From Candidatus Omnitrophota bacterium (GTDB lineage Bacteria; Omnitrophota; Gorgyraeia; Gygaellales; Profunditerraquicolaceae), in assembly GCA_026387355.1 (NCBI GenBank), contig JAPLLW010000006.1, forward strand, positions 23,362-87,361: DNA of 64,000 bases. Direction: 5' to 3'. Made by a program: the position numbers and the translations under genes. Below are positions 8,986 to 20,291 of the stretch, in pieces. Under the pieces are notes generated by a model. It did no database searches and was not told where the DNA came from. It saw only the letters and a program-made list of their open reading frames with translations. Position 1 is the stretch's first letter, and each line of letters opens with the position of its first letter.

Positions 8986-9651
8986 TTGTTAGAGGCTAAG
9001 AATTTACATAAAGTTTATAACGACGGGAAAAGGGATCTTCAGGTCCTAAAGGGTATTGAAATAAAGATTGAGAAGGCTAAGTTTATTGCTATCGTAGGGC
9101 CTTCGGGAGCTGGTAAATCTACTCTTTTGCATATTTTAGGAGGATTGGATTCTCCAACAAGCGGTGAAGTTATGTTTCAAGGAGAGGATATTTATAAATT
9201 AAGCGATTTAGAGTTGGCTAAAGTTAGGAATAGAAAAATAGGCTTTGTTTTCCAGTTTTACCATCTGCTTTCTGAATTTACGGTTTTAGAGAATGTGCTT
9301 ATGCCGTCTTTATTAGGAGATACCAAGAGGATTAATTTAAGAGAGAATGCGCTTGAGTTTTTGACCCAGGTAGGTTTAGGGGAGAGATTAACACATTTCC
9401 CAAGCCAGCTTTCTGGTGGAGAAAAGCAGCGCGTAGCGATTGTGCGAAGTTTAATAAATAATCCTGAGCTACTTCTTTGCGACGAGCCGACTGGTAATTT
9501 GGATTCTAAGTCTGGCGAGGAGGTAATTGCGATGATTAAAAAAGTGAATGCAGTAAGCCAGACAACAATACTTTTAGTTACGCACAATCTAGATTTGGCT
9601 AAATCAGCAGACAGGGTTTATCATTTGAAGGATGGTAGCCTAATTAATTAG
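8986..9651 (+). CDS. lolD: Lipoprotein-release ABC transporter ATP-binding protein
   Basis: Walker A GPSGAGKST, the signature LSGGEKQRVAI, and Walker B LLLCDEPTGNLD. Confidence 0.85.
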   Translation: MLEAKNLHKVYNDGKRDLQVLKGIEIKIEKAKFIAIVGPSGAGKSTLLHILGGLDSPTSGEVMFQGEDIYKLSDLELAKVRNRKIGFVFQFYHLLSEFTVLENVLMPSLLGDTKRINLRENALEFLTQVGLGERLTHFPSQLSGGEKQRVAIVRSLINNPELLLCDEPTGNLDSKSGEEVIAMIKKVNAVSQTTILLVTHNLDLAKSADRVYHLKDGSLIN

Positions 9652-9673
9652 CAAAATTTCTCAAGGAGGCAAG

Positions 9674-10543
9674 ATGAAAGTTTATATTAACGGAAAATAT
9701 TATGAAAAGAGCGATGCAAAGATCTCTGTTTTTGACCACGGTTTACTTTATGGCGATGGGGTATTCGAGGGGATCCGTTCTTATAATTCTCGGGTTTTCA
9801 AATTAAAAGAACATATCGAGCGTTTATTTGAATCCGCTAAGAGCATTATGTTAAATATCCCATTAACAAAAGAAGAATTAATCAGGGCGGTTATTGCTAC
9901 GCTGAATAAGAATAACCTTAAAGACGCTTATATCCGCCTGATAGTTACCAGGGGCGAGGGAGATCTGGGGCTTGATCCGCGTAAATGCAAGGCCGGTTCA
10001 ACCATAATTATTATTACCGATAAAATTGCTTTGTATCCGGAGAAATTATACAGGGAGGGATTAAAGATTGTAACTGTACCGACAGTAAGAAATTTACCTG
10101 AGGCGTTAAATCCTCAGATTAAATCTTTAAACTATCTCAACAATATTCTGGCAAAGATCGAGGCAGCAAATGCAAATTGTGATGAGGCGATTATGCTTGA
10201 TTCTTTAGGATATGTTGCAGAGTGTACCGGAGATAATATCTTTATTGTAAAAAATAACCATCTATATACTCCTCCACAGTGTATGGGGACTTTGAGAGGG
10301 ATTACCCGTGATGCGGTTTTGGAGATTGCGCGAAAATCCAAAATTCTTGCGCATGAACATGTAATTACGCGCCACGAAGTTTACATTTCAGACGAATGCT
10401 TTTTAACCGGTACAGCTGCGGAGATTATTCCGGTTGTAATGGTGGACGGCAGGGTTATTGGTCGAGGTAAGCCCGGAAAATTAACTGCTAGCCTTTTGAA
10501 AAAGTTTAGAGAACTGACTAGAAAAGAAGGGGTTAAGTATTAA
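9674..10543 (+). CDS. ilvE: Branched-chain amino acid aminotransferase (PLP fold type IV)
   Basis: 289 aa; class IV aminotransferase motifs (GDGVFEG, EAANANCDEAIMLD). Confidence 0.85.
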   Translation: MKVYINGKYYEKSDAKISVFDHGLLYGDGVFEGIRSYNSRVFKLKEHIERLFESAKSIMLNIPLTKEELIRAVIATLNKNNLKDAYIRLIVTRGEGDLGLDPRKCKAGSTIIIITDKIALYPEKLYREGLKIVTVPTVRNLPEALNPQIKSLNYLNNILAKIEAANANCDEAIMLDSLGYVAECTGDNIFIVKNNHLYTPPQCMGTLRGITRDAVLEIARKSKILAHEHVITRHEVYISDECFLTGTAAEIIPVVMVDGRVIGRGKPGKLTASLLKKFRELTRKEGVKY

Positions 10544-10544
10544 T

Positions 10545-11051
10545 ATGCTTTGTAATCTTTGCGGTAAAAATCCGGCTACGGTTCATTTAACCGAGATACT
10601 TGATGAGCAGATGAATGAGTTGCATCTATGCGAAGAGTGCGCAAGGCACAAGAGCGCAGCCATGGAGCAACAGTTTGGCTTAAGTGATCTTTTGGCAGGG
10701 ATGGCGGAGTTTGATAAGCCGGAGACTGCGAAAGAGAAAGAGGGCGCGGTTATTTTAAAATGCCAGAATTGCGGATTGACTTATGCTGATTTTAAGAAAA
10801 TCGGAAGGCTTGGTTGCGGCGAATGTTACAACACCTTTAAGAAATACCTTAGTCCTTTATTAAAGCGTATTCACGGTTCAATCCAGCATACCGGTAAGTC
10901 TCCGCTTAAGGTGACCAAGGTTTTAAAGAAGAAAATTGATGCGCAGGAGTTACGTAACCGCCTGCAAAGAGCAGTTGAATCTGAGGCTTTTGAAGAGGCA
11001 GCTAGATTGCGCGATCAGATAAAAGAACTTGAAAAGAAGGAACAAATTTAA
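10545..11051 (+). CDS. mcsA: McsA-like protein with zinc-finger CxxC pairs and a UvrB/UvrC motif
   Basis: Four CxxC pairs (CNLCG, CEEC, CQNCG, CGEC) plus a C-terminal UVR motif (EEAARLRDQIKELE); sits immediately upstream of mcsB-clpC, as in Firmicutes. Confidence 0.75.
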   Translation: MLCNLCGKNPATVHLTEILDEQMNELHLCEECARHKSAAMEQQFGLSDLLAGMAEFDKPETAKEKEGAVILKCQNCGLTYADFKKIGRLGCGECYNTFKKYLSPLLKRIHGSIQHTGKSPLKVTKVLKKKIDAQELRNRLQRAVESEAFEEAARLRDQIKELEKKEQI

Positions 11052-11053
11052 GA

Positions 11054-12100
11054 ATGCAGTTAAATGATTTGTTAAATCATACGAGTGAATGGCTTAAGGG
11101 AAGCGGCCCTAATTCTGATATCGTTATATCTAGCCGCATACGCCTTGCGCGTAATTTGGATAAACTCATTTTCCCGCATTGGGCAGATAGTGTCCAAAGT
11201 CAGGCAGCCTTAGATACTATTAAAGAGTGCGTGCTTAAAGTTGATAGCCTTAAGCATGCGACATTCTTCAAATTATCTGAACTGGATAGCGTAGATAAGC
11301 AGTTCTTAGTAGAGAGGCATCTTATGTCTTTAGATCATGCCCAGAAAAGCGGGGATAAAGCTGTTGTGGTAGATAATGAAGAAGTAATTTCTGTAATGAT
11401 TAATGAGGAAGACCATATTCGTATGCAGGTGATGCAATCAGGATTTAATCTTTTCGAAGCTTGGGATATTATAAAAAAAATTGACGATGATTTGGCTCGA
11501 GAATTAAATTTTGCCTTCTTGCCGGACTGGGGATATCTTACTGCATGTCCTACTAATGCTGGCACAGGGATGCGTGGTTCAGTAATGTTGCATTTGCCGG
11601 CCCTAGTAATGTCTCGTGCTATTGATAGAGTGTTAGCAGCTATCGCTAAATTAAGCTTTACTACACGCGGACTTTACGGCGAAGGTACGCAGGCTATGGG
11701 TAATTTCTTTCAAATCTCCAATCAGATATCCCTAGGTCCTAGTGAAGATGAAATTATCGAAAGCATTAACGGATTAATCCGGCAGATAATTGAACAGGAA
11801 AACCAGGCCAGGCAGGCGCTACTTTCTAAAAATAGACCCCTGCTTGAGGATAGGATCAATCGTTCGCTTGGCATATTGAAAAGCGCCAGGATTATAACCA
11901 GCCAGGAGACTATAGAGCTGCTTTCTATGGTAAGATTAGGAAGTGATTTAGATATGATTAAGGGTGTTAACCGCAGGGCGATAAATGAATTATTTATTAT
12001 TACTCAGCCGGCGCATCTGCAGAAGATAGAAAATAAGAAGATTTCTGCGGAAGAGCGCGACTTAAAGAGGGCGGAATTAATTCGTGATAAACTAAAATAA
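11054..12100 (+). CDS. mcsB: Protein arginine kinase (ATP:guanido phosphotransferase family)
   Basis: Phosphagen-kinase catalytic-domain motifs (CPTNAGTGMR, the EEDHIRMQ region); 348 aa. Confidence 0.85.
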   Translation: MQLNDLLNHTSEWLKGSGPNSDIVISSRIRLARNLDKLIFPHWADSVQSQAALDTIKECVLKVDSLKHATFFKLSELDSVDKQFLVERHLMSLDHAQKSGDKAVVVDNEEVISVMINEEDHIRMQVMQSGFNLFEAWDIIKKIDDDLARELNFAFLPDWGYLTACPTNAGTGMRGSVMLHLPALVMSRAIDRVLAAIAKLSFTTRGLYGEGTQAMGNFFQISNQISLGPSEDEIIESINGLIRQIIEQENQARQALLSKNRPLLEDRINRSLGILKSARIITSQETIELLSMVRLGSDLDMIKGVNRRAINELFIITQPAHLQKIENKKISAEERDLKRAELIRDKLK

Positions 12101-12122
12101 TTAATCAGGGGGAGGGAGTTTA

Positions 12123-14543
12123 ATGTTTAATCGTTTTACTGAAAGAGCGCGAAAAGTAATCATCCTAGCTAAAGAAGAGGCAAGGCGTTTTAATCACGAT
12201 TATATTGGAACAGAGCATATACTTTTGGGCCTTATTCGTGAAGGCGAAGGCGTAGCTAGCACTGTATTGCAGAAGCTTGGGCTATCTTTGGAAAATATCC
12301 GCATTGAAGTTGAAAAGCTTGTGCAGCCAGGGCCCACAACTCAGATTATCGGCGATATTCCATTTACCCCCAGAGCAAAGAAGGCATTAGAGTTGGCTGC
12401 TGAGGAGGCGCGTTCTTTAGGGCATAATTATATTGGAACAGAGCATCTTTTGTTGGGATTAATCCGCGAAGGAGAAGGTATCGCCTCGCAAGTTTTATTA
12501 AATTTAGGACTTGAGTTAAATACCGTACGCAGCGAAGTTATGGAACTCTTAGGTTCAGCTCTACCCGGTGGTCCAGGTATTGCAGGGCAGCAGTCCAAGA
12601 GCAAGACTCCTGCCTTAGATGCCTTTGGTCGTGATTTAACCGCTCTTGCTAAAGAGAATAAATTAGATCCGGTGATTGACCGCGTACAGGAGATCGAGCG
12701 AGTTATCCAGATTTTAAGTCGTAGGACAAAGAATAACCCGGTTCTTTTAGGGGAGGCCGGTGTGGGAAAGACTGCTATTGTTGAAGGCTTGGCTCAGCTA
12801 ATTGTTACAGGGAATATTCCGGAGCTGTTGCGTGGAAAAAGGTTGATCTCTTTAGATTTGGCTTTGATGGTTGCCGGAACTAAATATCGCGGTCAGTTTG
12901 AAGAAAGAATTAAGGCGGTTATGGAGGAGATTAAGCGTTCGCAGGATGTAATTATTTTTATTGATGAATTGCATACTTTAGTCGGCGCGGGAGCTGCCGA
13001 AGGGGCAATCGATGCTTCCAATATCCTAAAGCCAGCCCTTTCTCGTGGCGAGATGCAGTGTATCGGCGCAACTACCATGAATGAATACAGGAAATACATA
13101 GAGAAAGACGCGGCTTTAGAGCGTAGATTCCAGACTATTATGGTTGAACCTCCCTCAGTAGAGCAGGCTATAGATATTTTAAAAGGTTTGCGTGATAGAT
13201 ATGAAGCGCATCATCGCGTTACTTTCAAAGACGAGGCATTAGAGGCAGCGGCAAAGTTATCTGATCGCTATATTTCAGGTAGGTTCTTACCGGATAAGGC
13301 GATTGATTTAATGGATGAAGCAGGCTCGCATGCCAGGCTTAGCGTTTTGATTGTTCCTCCTGATATCAAGAAATTAGAAGAAAAAGTCGAAAACCTAAGA
13401 AAAGAAAAAGAGTCATTTATTAAGAGCCAGGATTTTGAGAAGGCTGCATCTCTGCGAGATCAGGAGAGAATCGCGCGCCAGGAATTAGAGCAGTTGAACC
13501 GCGAGTGGTCTCAGGCAAAAGACAAGATGCGGCCAGAGGTTAATGAAGAGGATATCGCTAAGATTGTTGCCCAATGGACCGGTATACCTATTTTTAGATT
13601 AGAAGAGAAAGAGAGTGAGAAGTTACTAAAGATTGAAGAAGAATTACATAAGCGTGTTATAGGTCAAAATGAAGCTATTGATGCTATCGCGCATGCGGTA
13701 AGGCGATCGCGAGCAGGTATTAAAGACCCGAGGAGGCCGATTGGTTCGTTTGTATTTCTGGGCCCTACCGGAGTAGGAAAAAGTTTACTTGCCCGCGCCC
13801 TGGCAGAGTTTATGTTTGGCGATGAAGATGCGTTAATACAATTAGATATGTCAGAATATATGGAGAAATTTAATGTCTCCCGATTAATCGGAGCTCCGCC
13901 CGGATATGTGGGTTATGAAGAGGGTGGTCAGCTTACCGAAAGGATTCGTCGCAGGCCTTATGCGGTTATTCTTTTGGATGAAATTGAAAAGGCGCATCCT
14001 GATGTTTTTAATTTATTACTACAGGTATTTGAGGAAGGCCGTCTTACCGATAGCTTTGGTAGGAAGGTGAGCTTTCGCAATACCGTGATTATTATGACTT
14101 CTAACGTAGGGGCAGATTTAATACGTAAGACCGGTTCCCTTGGTTTTAAGACGCAAAAGGAAGAGACAACTTATCAGGATATGAAGGATAAATTGCTTGA
14201 GGCCGTAAAACATACTTTTAAACCAGAGTTCTTAAACCGCATTGATGACATTATTGTTTTTAGGCAATTACTCAAAGAGGATCTCTCTCGTATTGTTGAC
14301 ATTGAAGTTGGTTACGTCGCAGCCCGTCTTAAAGAACAGAATATCTCTTTAGAGGTCTCTGCTCAGGCAAAAGAGTTGCTGATTGATAAGGGATTTGATC
14401 CTGTTTTCGGGGCTAGGCCATTAAAGAGGACAATTCAGCGGTTTTTAGAAGATCCGCTAGCCTCTGAAATAATCTCTAAGAAATTTAAGGAGGGTTCAGT
14501 CGTTAAGGTTGTGCGTAAGAACGACGAATTGGTTTTCGAATGA
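12123..14543 (+). CDS. clpC: ATP-dependent Clp protease ATPase subunit ClpC (Clp N-repeat, two AAA+ modules, UVR linker)
   Basis: Duplicated Clp-N repeats, two Walker A boxes ([18 protein letters not shown]), and a middle UVR-like motif. Confidence 0.9.
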   Translation: MFNRFTERARKVIILAKEEARRFNHDYIGTEHILLGLIREGEGVASTVLQKLGLSLENIRIEVEKLVQPGPTTQIIGDIPFTPRAKKALELAAEEARSLGHNYIGTEHLLLGLIREGEGIASQVLLNLGLELNTVRSEVMELLGSALPGGPGIAGQQSKSKTPALDAFGRDLTALAKENKLDPVIDRVQEIERVIQILSRRTKNNPVLLGEAGVGKTAIVEGLAQLIVTGNIPELLRGKRLISLDLALMVAGTKYRGQFEERIKAVMEEIKRSQDVIIFIDELHTLVGAGAAEGAIDASNILKPALSRGEMQCIGATTMNEYRKYIEKDAALERRFQTIMVEPPSVEQAIDILKGLRDRYEAHHRVTFKDEALEAAAKLSDRYISGRFLPDKAIDLMDEAGSHARLSVLIVPPDIKKLEEKVENLRKEKESFIKSQDFEKAASLRDQERIARQELEQLNREWSQAKDKMRPEVNEEDIAKIVAQWTGIPIFRLEEKESEKLLKIEEELHKRVIGQNEAIDAIAHAVRRSRAGIKDPRRPIGSFVFLGPTGVGKSLLARALAEFMFGDEDALIQLDMSEYMEKFNVSRLIGAPPGYVGYEEGGQLTERIRRRPYAVILLDEIEKAHPDVFNLLLQVFEEGRLTDSFGRKVSFRNTVIIMTSNVGADLIRKTGSLGFKTQKEETTYQDMKDKLLEAVKHTFKPEFLNRIDDIIVFRQLLKEDLSRIVDIEVGYVAARLKEQNISLEVSAQAKELLIDKGFDPVFGARPLKRTIQRFLEDPLASEIISKKFKEGSVVKVVRKNDELVFE

Positions 14544-15328
14544 TGTTTAATAATTTTTTTATTACATTAGGTTCTCGGGTTATCTACTTTATGTATTTTC
14601 TTGGCGGAGTAGCTAACCTTACTTTCCAGACTATCTATTTATCTTTTAAGCCTCCGTATAGGAAAGACCGAATTTTCGAGCAAGCTAAGAAAGCAGGCTT
14701 TGATAGCTTACCGATAGTTTCGCTGATCGCTTTGTTTATTGGTTTTATCTTTGCGCTTCAAACAGCATATTTCATGCAGCGCATAGGTTCGGAGCTTTAT
14801 ATCGCAAGCCTCGTAGCTCTTTCTATTGTGCGCGAATTAGGCCCGGTTATAACCGCCTTGGTAGTAGCGGGAAGGGTGGGCGCTTCTATAACCGCAGAAC
14901 TGGGCTCTATGCAGGTTACCGAACAGATCGACGCCTTAGAGGCCTTGGCCACTAACCCTATAAAATATCTGGTTGTTCCGCGTTTTATCGCCTTAAGTCT
15001 TATGGTACCGCTGTTAACGATCTATGCTGATTTTGTAGGGATTTTAGGAAGCTATGTTATTTGTGTATTCAGACTGGGAATTTCTTCGGGTATGTATATA
15101 AGAGTTACCGCTGAAGCGCTTTACTATAAAGATTTATTCACCGGGCTTGCTAAAACAGTATCTTTCGGCATGATTATTGCAATAGTTAGTTGTTATGAAG
15201 GATTTAACGTTAAGGGCGGGGCAGAGGGTGTGGGGCGCGCAACTACCCGATGCGTAGTCTTTAGTTTTATTATGATTATTATCGCTGATTGTTTATTTAC
15301 GGCACTGTTTTATTTTATTTTCCCCTAA
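14540..15328 (+). CDS. mlaE: Phospholipid (Mla-type) ABC transporter permease
   Basis: Matches the MlaE/YrbE permease family; 262 aa polytopic. Confidence 0.85.
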   Translation: MMFNNFFITLGSRVIYFMYFLGGVANLTFQTIYLSFKPPYRKDRIFEQAKKAGFDSLPIVSLIALFIGFIFALQTAYFMQRIGSELYIASLVALSIVRELGPVITALVVAGRVGASITAELGSMQVTEQIDALEALATNPIKYLVVPRFIALSLMVPLLTIYADFVGILGSYVICVFRLGISSGMYIRVTAEALYYKDLFTGLAKTVSFGMIIAIVSCYEGFNVKGGAEGVGRATTRCVVFSFIMIIIADCLFTALFYFIFP

Positions 15329-15333
15329 AAAAG

Positions 15334-16095
15334 ATGATAGAGATATCTAACTTACATAAAGAATTAGGTTTGCAGAAAGTTCTAACCGGTATTAACCTTA
15401 AGGTGGATAATGGGTCTACTTGCGTTATTATCGGTCGATCAGGTTGCGGGAAGTCAGTCTTGCTTAAGCATATTGTGGGTATCTTAAAGGCCGATAAAGG
15501 TAAGGTTGTTGTTGATGGTCAGGAAGTAGGGTCTTTAAATGAAATGCATATGGATGCTTTGCGTTTGAAGATGGGATTAGTTTTTCAGGGCGGGGCATTA
15601 TTTGATTCAATGACTGTGGGTGAGAATGTGGGTTTTGGTTTGATAGAGCACGATCATTTGAGTCAGAAAGATTTACTTGAGAGGATAGAAGAATCACTGT
15701 CAATGGTAGGTTTACATGGCATATGTAATCTCTCTCCTTCTGAGTTAAGCGGCGGGATGCGTAAGCGCGTGGCCTTGGCGCGTGCAATCTGCATAAAGCC
15801 GCAGATTATACTTTATGACGAGCCAACAACCGGCGTAGATCCGATTACCGCAGATAGTATTAATGATTTAATAATCAATATGGCTAATAAACTTAAGGTT
15901 ACTTCAATAGTGGTTACGCACGATATGCGCAGCGCTTACAAGGTTGCGGATAAGATTGCCATGCTTTACCAGGGTAAGATTATTGAAGAGGGGACAGCTG
16001 ATGAGATCAAGGGTTCTAAGAATCCGGTTGTCCATCAGTTTATCAACGGTTTGGCGCTTGGTCCGATAACCGAGACATTGGATCATTATAAATAA
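15334..16095 (+). CDS. mlaF: Mla-type ABC transporter ATP-binding protein
   Basis: Start moved to the ATG at 15334 (MIEISNLHK). Walker A GRSGCGKS, the signature LSGGMRKRVALA. Confidence 0.85.
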   Translation: MIEISNLHKELGLQKVLTGINLKVDNGSTCVIIGRSGCGKSVLLKHIVGILKADKGKVVVDGQEVGSLNEMHMDALRLKMGLVFQGGALFDSMTVGENVGFGLIEHDHLSQKDLLERIEESLSMVGLHGICNLSPSELSGGMRKRVALARAICIKPQIILYDEPTTGVDPITADSINDLIINMANKLKVTSIVVTHDMRSAYKVADKIAMLYQGKIIEEGTADEIKGSKNPVVHQFINGLALGPITETLDHYK

Positions 16096-16109
16096 GCGGA
16101 GGAATAAAA

Positions 16110-16724
16110 ATGATATTCGGCAAAACTAAACTTGAGTTAAAGGTAGGGATGTTTGTTTTTATCGGTTTAATAATTTTTACAGTTTTTATTCTTTCTATCG
16201 GCGGTTTTAAGACATGGTCTTCGGGTTACCGGGTAAATTTTGTTTTTGGTTTTGTGGATGGGGTTAAGCATGGTGCACCGGTCAGGTTTGCCGGAGTAGA
16301 TTCCGGAACGGTTAAGTTAATCAAGTTTTTCTATGATCCAAAAGACGCTAAGATTAAAGTGCGTATAACCTGTTGGGTGGGTAAAGACGTGAAAATTCCC
16401 GTGGATTCCCGGATTTGGGTAAATACGTTGGGGCTCTTAGGAGAGAAATACATAGAGATTATGCCGGGTAAGGATTACGCTAAGTTTTTACAGGAGGATG
16501 AGGAGATAATCGGAGAGGATCCGATACCTTTAAATCTTATGATGAAGTCGGTTTTAAATATAGTAGATAACCTGGATGTGGCGATAGCCAAGATAGTTAA
16601 TAAAGAGGGGACTATCGGCAAGCTGCTTTATGACGATTCGATTTATAATCAGCTAGATGCCTTAGTCACGGATGTGAGAAAAAATCCATGGAAGCTATTA
16701 GTTAAGACTAAAGAAAAGAAGTAA
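16110..16724 (+). CDS. mlaD: MCE-domain periplasmic substrate-binding protein (MlaD-like)
   Basis: N-terminal TM anchor followed by an MCE domain; operonic with mlaEF. Confidence 0.75.
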   Translation: MIFGKTKLELKVGMFVFIGLIIFTVFILSIGGFKTWSSGYRVNFVFGFVDGVKHGAPVRFAGVDSGTVKLIKFFYDPKDAKIKVRITCWVGKDVKIPVDSRIWVNTLGLLGEKYIEIMPGKDYAKFLQEDEEIIGEDPIPLNLMMKSVLNIVDNLDVAIAKIVNKEGTIGKLLYDDSIYNQLDALVTDVRKNPWKLLVKTKEKK

Positions 16725-16728
16725 AGAA

Positions 16729-18111
16729 GTGAAAACTAAGACAATATTCACTTGCCAGAATTGCGGGTATCAGTCTCCAAAGTGGTTAGGTAGGTGTCCT
16801 GACTGCAATAATTGGAATTGTTTTGTGGAGGAAGATTACTCCGTCCCTACTTCAAAATCTAAAGAACGCACTGCTTTATATCGAGATGAACCGGTTTTAT
16901 TGAAAGATGTTGAGTTTAAGGAAGAGTCTCGCCTTAAGACCGGGATATCAGAATTAGATAGGGTTTTAGGCGGTGGGATAGTCAGCGGTTCTGTGATCTT
17001 AATCGGGGGCGACCCCGGAGTAGGTAAATCTACGATATCCTTGCAAGTATCCAATCAGCTTACTAAGCAAGGCTCAACTGTTCTTTATATAAGCGGCGAA
17101 GAATCTGTGCAGCAGACAAAATTAAGGGCTAAGCGTCTGGGTTCACATGAATCTGATAGGCTTTATATTGTTAATCAAACAGACCTTTCTTTAATACTTG
17201 AGTACATTAAGAAACTTAAACCAGACGTAGTCATCGTTGACTCAATCCAGGTTATTTTTGATCCTGGGATTAGTTCGTCTTGCGGAAGCGTTAGCCAGGT
17301 AAGGGAATGCGCGGGCTTACTTACACAACTGGCTAAGACAAGCGGTACTTCAATCTTTATTATAGGTCATGTAACTAAAGAGGGGACTATCGCAGGACCA
17401 AGGGTTTTGGAGCATATAGTTGATACTGTTTTATATTTTGAAGGGGACAGGTTTTCCATATACCGTATCTTACGTGCGGTGAAAAACAGGTTTGGCTCAA
17501 CTAATGAAATCGGCGTATTTGAAATGAGTTCGCAGGGCCTAACCGAAGTAAAGAATCCTTCGGAGATATTCTTATCTGAAAAGCCGGAAAATGTTACAGG
17601 CTCGGTTGTAACTTCGATATTTGAAGGGTCTCGCCCGCTTCTAGTAGAGATTCAGTCTTTAGTAAGTAGGTCAAGCTTTGGTTATGCTAGGCGGCGCGCT
17701 CAAGGATTTGATTCTAACAGGCTCAGCCTGTTGGTTGCGGTGCTTGAGAAGAGGATCGGCTTAGCTCTTGAAGCAGAAGATATTTTTATTAACGTTGCCG
17801 GAGGTATAAAAGTTGAGGATCCAGCAGCTGACCTTGCTGTTTCAGTAGCTATAGCTTCTGCTTTTCGCGATCGTCTGATTATTTCTGCTGCTGTAGTTTT
17901 AGGGGAGGTGGGCCTAAGCGGAGAGATCCGCAGTATTTCGCAGATACTTTTACGTATAAATGAAGCAGAGAAATTAGGTTTTAAGCATTGTATTATTCCA
18001 AAGAATAACCATAAGGGTATTAAAAATTATAAAGGTGATATCGAGATAATCCCGGTAGGTACTCTAAGCGAGGCTTTAGATATCGCGCTAGCCGTACCTA
18101 ATAAAAAGTAA
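16729..18111 (+). CDS. radA: DNA repair protein RadA/Sms
   Basis: N-terminal C4 zinc finger (CQNCG...CPDC), a RecA-like Walker A GDPGVGKST, the KNRFG motif, and a C-terminal Lon-like domain. Confidence 0.9.
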   Translation: MKTKTIFTCQNCGYQSPKWLGRCPDCNNWNCFVEEDYSVPTSKSKERTALYRDEPVLLKDVEFKEESRLKTGISELDRVLGGGIVSGSVILIGGDPGVGKSTISLQVSNQLTKQGSTVLYISGEESVQQTKLRAKRLGSHESDRLYIVNQTDLSLILEYIKKLKPDVVIVDSIQVIFDPGISSSCGSVSQVRECAGLLTQLAKTSGTSIFIIGHVTKEGTIAGPRVLEHIVDTVLYFEGDRFSIYRILRAVKNRFGSTNEIGVFEMSSQGLTEVKNPSEIFLSEKPENVTGSVVTSIFEGSRPLLVEIQSLVSRSSFGYARRRAQGFDSNRLSLLVAVLEKRIGLALEAEDIFINVAGGIKVEDPAADLAVSVAIASAFRDRLIISAAVVLGEVGLSGEIRSISQILLRINEAEKLGFKHCIIPKNNHKGIKNYKGDIEIIPVGTLSEALDIALAVPNKK

Positions 18112-18148
18112 GCTTATATTAATCGGGTAAGGAAGGAGACAGGTAAAG

Positions 18149-19114
18149 ATGAATTTATTATTTGCGCGAATTTTATTTCTTATCGGTAGTATGATTGTAG
18201 GTTTTCAGTTAGGGGATGTGCGCGGGGCTTTAATAGGAGGAGTAGCAGGCTTCATAATTATTGTACTTGAAATAGGTTTACGTAAGGTTTCGGTGAGCGG
18301 CTTATCAAGTGCAGTATTTGGGCTTATCCTAGGATTGATTATGGCGAAAATTGTCGGAGATGCCTTTAGCGTAACCCCGCTTGCTCCTAGCATTATATCT
18401 TCGGTAAGAGTTATACTAAACCTTATATTTTGTTATTTTGGTATGATTATGGCGCTGCGCGGTAAAGACGAATTTAGCGTTATTATCCCCTATGTGCGTT
18501 TGCGTCGGCAGAATCAGGCTGAAGAGATTACGCTGTTAGATACGAGTGCTATTATCGACGGAAGAATTGTTGATATAACTAAGACCAAGTTTCTTTCCGG
18601 AAAGATTGTTATCCCTAAATTCGTTTTGAGGGAACTACAACAGATCGCAGATTCGACTGATTCGATCAAGCGCCAGAGAGGTAGGAGGGGTTTAGAGATT
18701 TTGCATACCATGCAAAAAGATTCGGGTCTTGATATATCTATACATGAAGAAGATTTTCCCGAGACTAATGAAGTAGACGCAAAGTTAGTAAAATTGGCTA
18801 AGATTATTGAGGCAAAGATCCTCACTGTTGATTTTAACCTTAACCGCGTAGCCTCGATCCAGGGAGTTAAAGTTTTAAATATAAATGAATTGGCGAACGC
18901 CTTAAAACCCGTAGTCTTTCCGGGCGAAGAGATGAAGATTAAGCTAATTAAGGAAGGTAAGGAGCATAATCAGGCTATCGGTTACCTTGATGATGGCACA
19001 ATGGTTGTGGTAGAGGATGCGCGAAAGTTCTTAGGGCAAGAGGTTAAGGTTGCAGTAACCTCAGTGTTGCAGACTCAAGCCGGCAGGATGATCTTTACTA
19101 AAATAGAGAAATAG
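18149..19114 (+). CDS. Membrane-anchored PIN plus TRAM domain protein (YacL-like)
   Basis: N-terminal TM helices, a PIN-like core ([12 protein letters not shown]), and a C-terminal TRAM-like beta domain; conserved position between radA and ispD, as in Bacillus. Confidence 0.7.
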   Translation: MNLLFARILFLIGSMIVGFQLGDVRGALIGGVAGFIIIVLEIGLRKVSVSGLSSAVFGLILGLIMAKIVGDAFSVTPLAPSIISSVRVILNLIFCYFGMIMALRGKDEFSVIIPYVRLRRQNQAEEITLLDTSAIIDGRIVDITKTKFLSGKIVIPKFVLRELQQIADSTDSIKRQRGRRGLEILHTMQKDSGLDISIHEEDFPETNEVDAKLVKLAKIIEAKILTVDFNLNRVASIQGVKVLNINELANALKPVVFPGEEMKIKLIKEGKEHNQAIGYLDDGTMVVVEDARKFLGQEVKVAVTSVLQTQAGRMIFTKIEK

Positions 19115-19115
19115 A

Positions 19116-19784
19116 ATGTTTGTTAGCGCGATAGTTGTTGCTGCAGGGCAAGGTAGGCGTTTAAAAAGTAAAGTATCAAAACCTATTCTAAAATTAAATT
19201 CAAAGCCAATAATTGTTTATGCGCTTGGTGTTTTAAATAGCTGCCCCGAGATAAAAGAGATTATTCTTGTAGGCAATTCTAGTAATATACAAGAACTTAA
19301 GGCTATTGTAAGTAAGTATAGAATAAGAAAAGTTAATAAAATATGTTTAGGCGGTAAAGCTCGTCAGGATTCGGTGGCTAAGGGGATAAAATTCATAAGC
19401 AAGCATGCCAAGTTCATTTTGATTCATGACGCAGTTAGGCCCTTTATTAGCAAAGATTTAGTCTTTTTACTTATAACTTCAGCGCAGAAGTTTTTGGCTG
19501 CGATTAGTGCTGTGCCGGTTAAGGCAACGATTAAGGCTTCGGATAAATTAGGGTTTGTGCAAAGAACCGTAGAGCGCTCTAATTTGTGGGAGGTGCAAAC
19601 TCCGCAAGTATTCTCAAGGGAGTTATTATTAAAGGCTTATGCTCGGTTCAAGAATTGCGCGGTTACGGACGATGCAATGCTTGTAGAAAAGTTAGGCGTA
19701 AAAGTAAAAATTGTTTTAGGGACTTATAGAAACATTAAAATTACTACGCCTGAAGATTTAAGAATTGCCAGGGGGTTAGCCTAA
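19116..19784 (+). CDS. ispD: 2-C-methyl-D-erythritol 4-phosphate cytidylyltransferase
   Basis: N-terminal AAGQGRR nucleotide-binding motif; 222 aa. Confidence 0.85.
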   Translation: MFVSAIVVAAGQGRRLKSKVSKPILKLNSKPIIVYALGVLNSCPEIKEIILVGNSSNIQELKAIVSKYRIRKVNKICLGGKARQDSVAKGIKFISKHAKFILIHDAVRPFISKDLVFLLITSAQKFLAAISAVPVKATIKASDKLGFVQRTVERSNLWEVQTPQVFSRELLLKAYARFKNCAVTDDAMLVEKLGVKVKIVLGTYRNIKITTPEDLRIARGLA

Positions 19785-19786
19785 AG

Positions 19787-20269
19787 ATGCATAATCGTGT
19801 AGGTATGGGTTATGATATTCACCGTTTAGTAGAAGGGCGTAAATTATTGCTCGGCGGCTTAGATATACCATATATCAAAGGTTTGTTGGGGCATTCTGAT
19901 GGAGATGCCTTACTCCACGCAATATGCGATGCCATTCTGGGGGCTATTGCAGAAGGAGATATAGGTGAACATTTTCCGGATACCGAACAGAAATATCAGA
20001 ATATTTCAAGTAGTGAGTTACTAAGGAATGTTTTAATCCTAATGCATAAAAAAGGCTACAGTATAGCTAATCTCGATACGATTATAATTGCCGAAGAGCC
20101 AAAGCTCACTTTGTTTAAGGCTAGCATCAAGAAGAACCTCGCTAAGCTTATGAATCTGAATATTGATTGCGTTGGAGTAAAAGCTAAGACTAATGAAGGC
20201 TTAGGAGGGGTGGGCAGGGGTGAGGCAATTATTTGTTACGCGACTGTTTTATTAACAAAGCCTACATAA
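19787..20269 (+). CDS. ispF: 2-C-methyl-D-erythritol 2,4-cyclodiphosphate synthase
   Basis: GYDIHRL and GHSDGD motifs; 160 aa. Confidence 0.9.
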   Translation: MHNRVGMGYDIHRLVEGRKLLLGGLDIPYIKGLLGHSDGDALLHAICDAILGAIAEGDIGEHFPDTEQKYQNISSSELLRNVLILMHKKGYSIANLDTIIIAEEPKLTLFKASIKKNLAKLMNLNIDCVGVKAKTNEGLGGVGRGEAIICYATVLLTKPT

Positions 20270-20291
20270 AAAATTATAGGGGGATTTAATT

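Noticed and set aside
9258-9587. 109-aa antisense ORF inside lolD (and similar antisense ORFs in clpC, mlaF, radA, metG, tatD and others listed in the ORF track)
   Set aside because: They lie entirely within strongly conserved sense-strand genes and show no independent start signals or domains; they are typical spurious six-frame ORFs.
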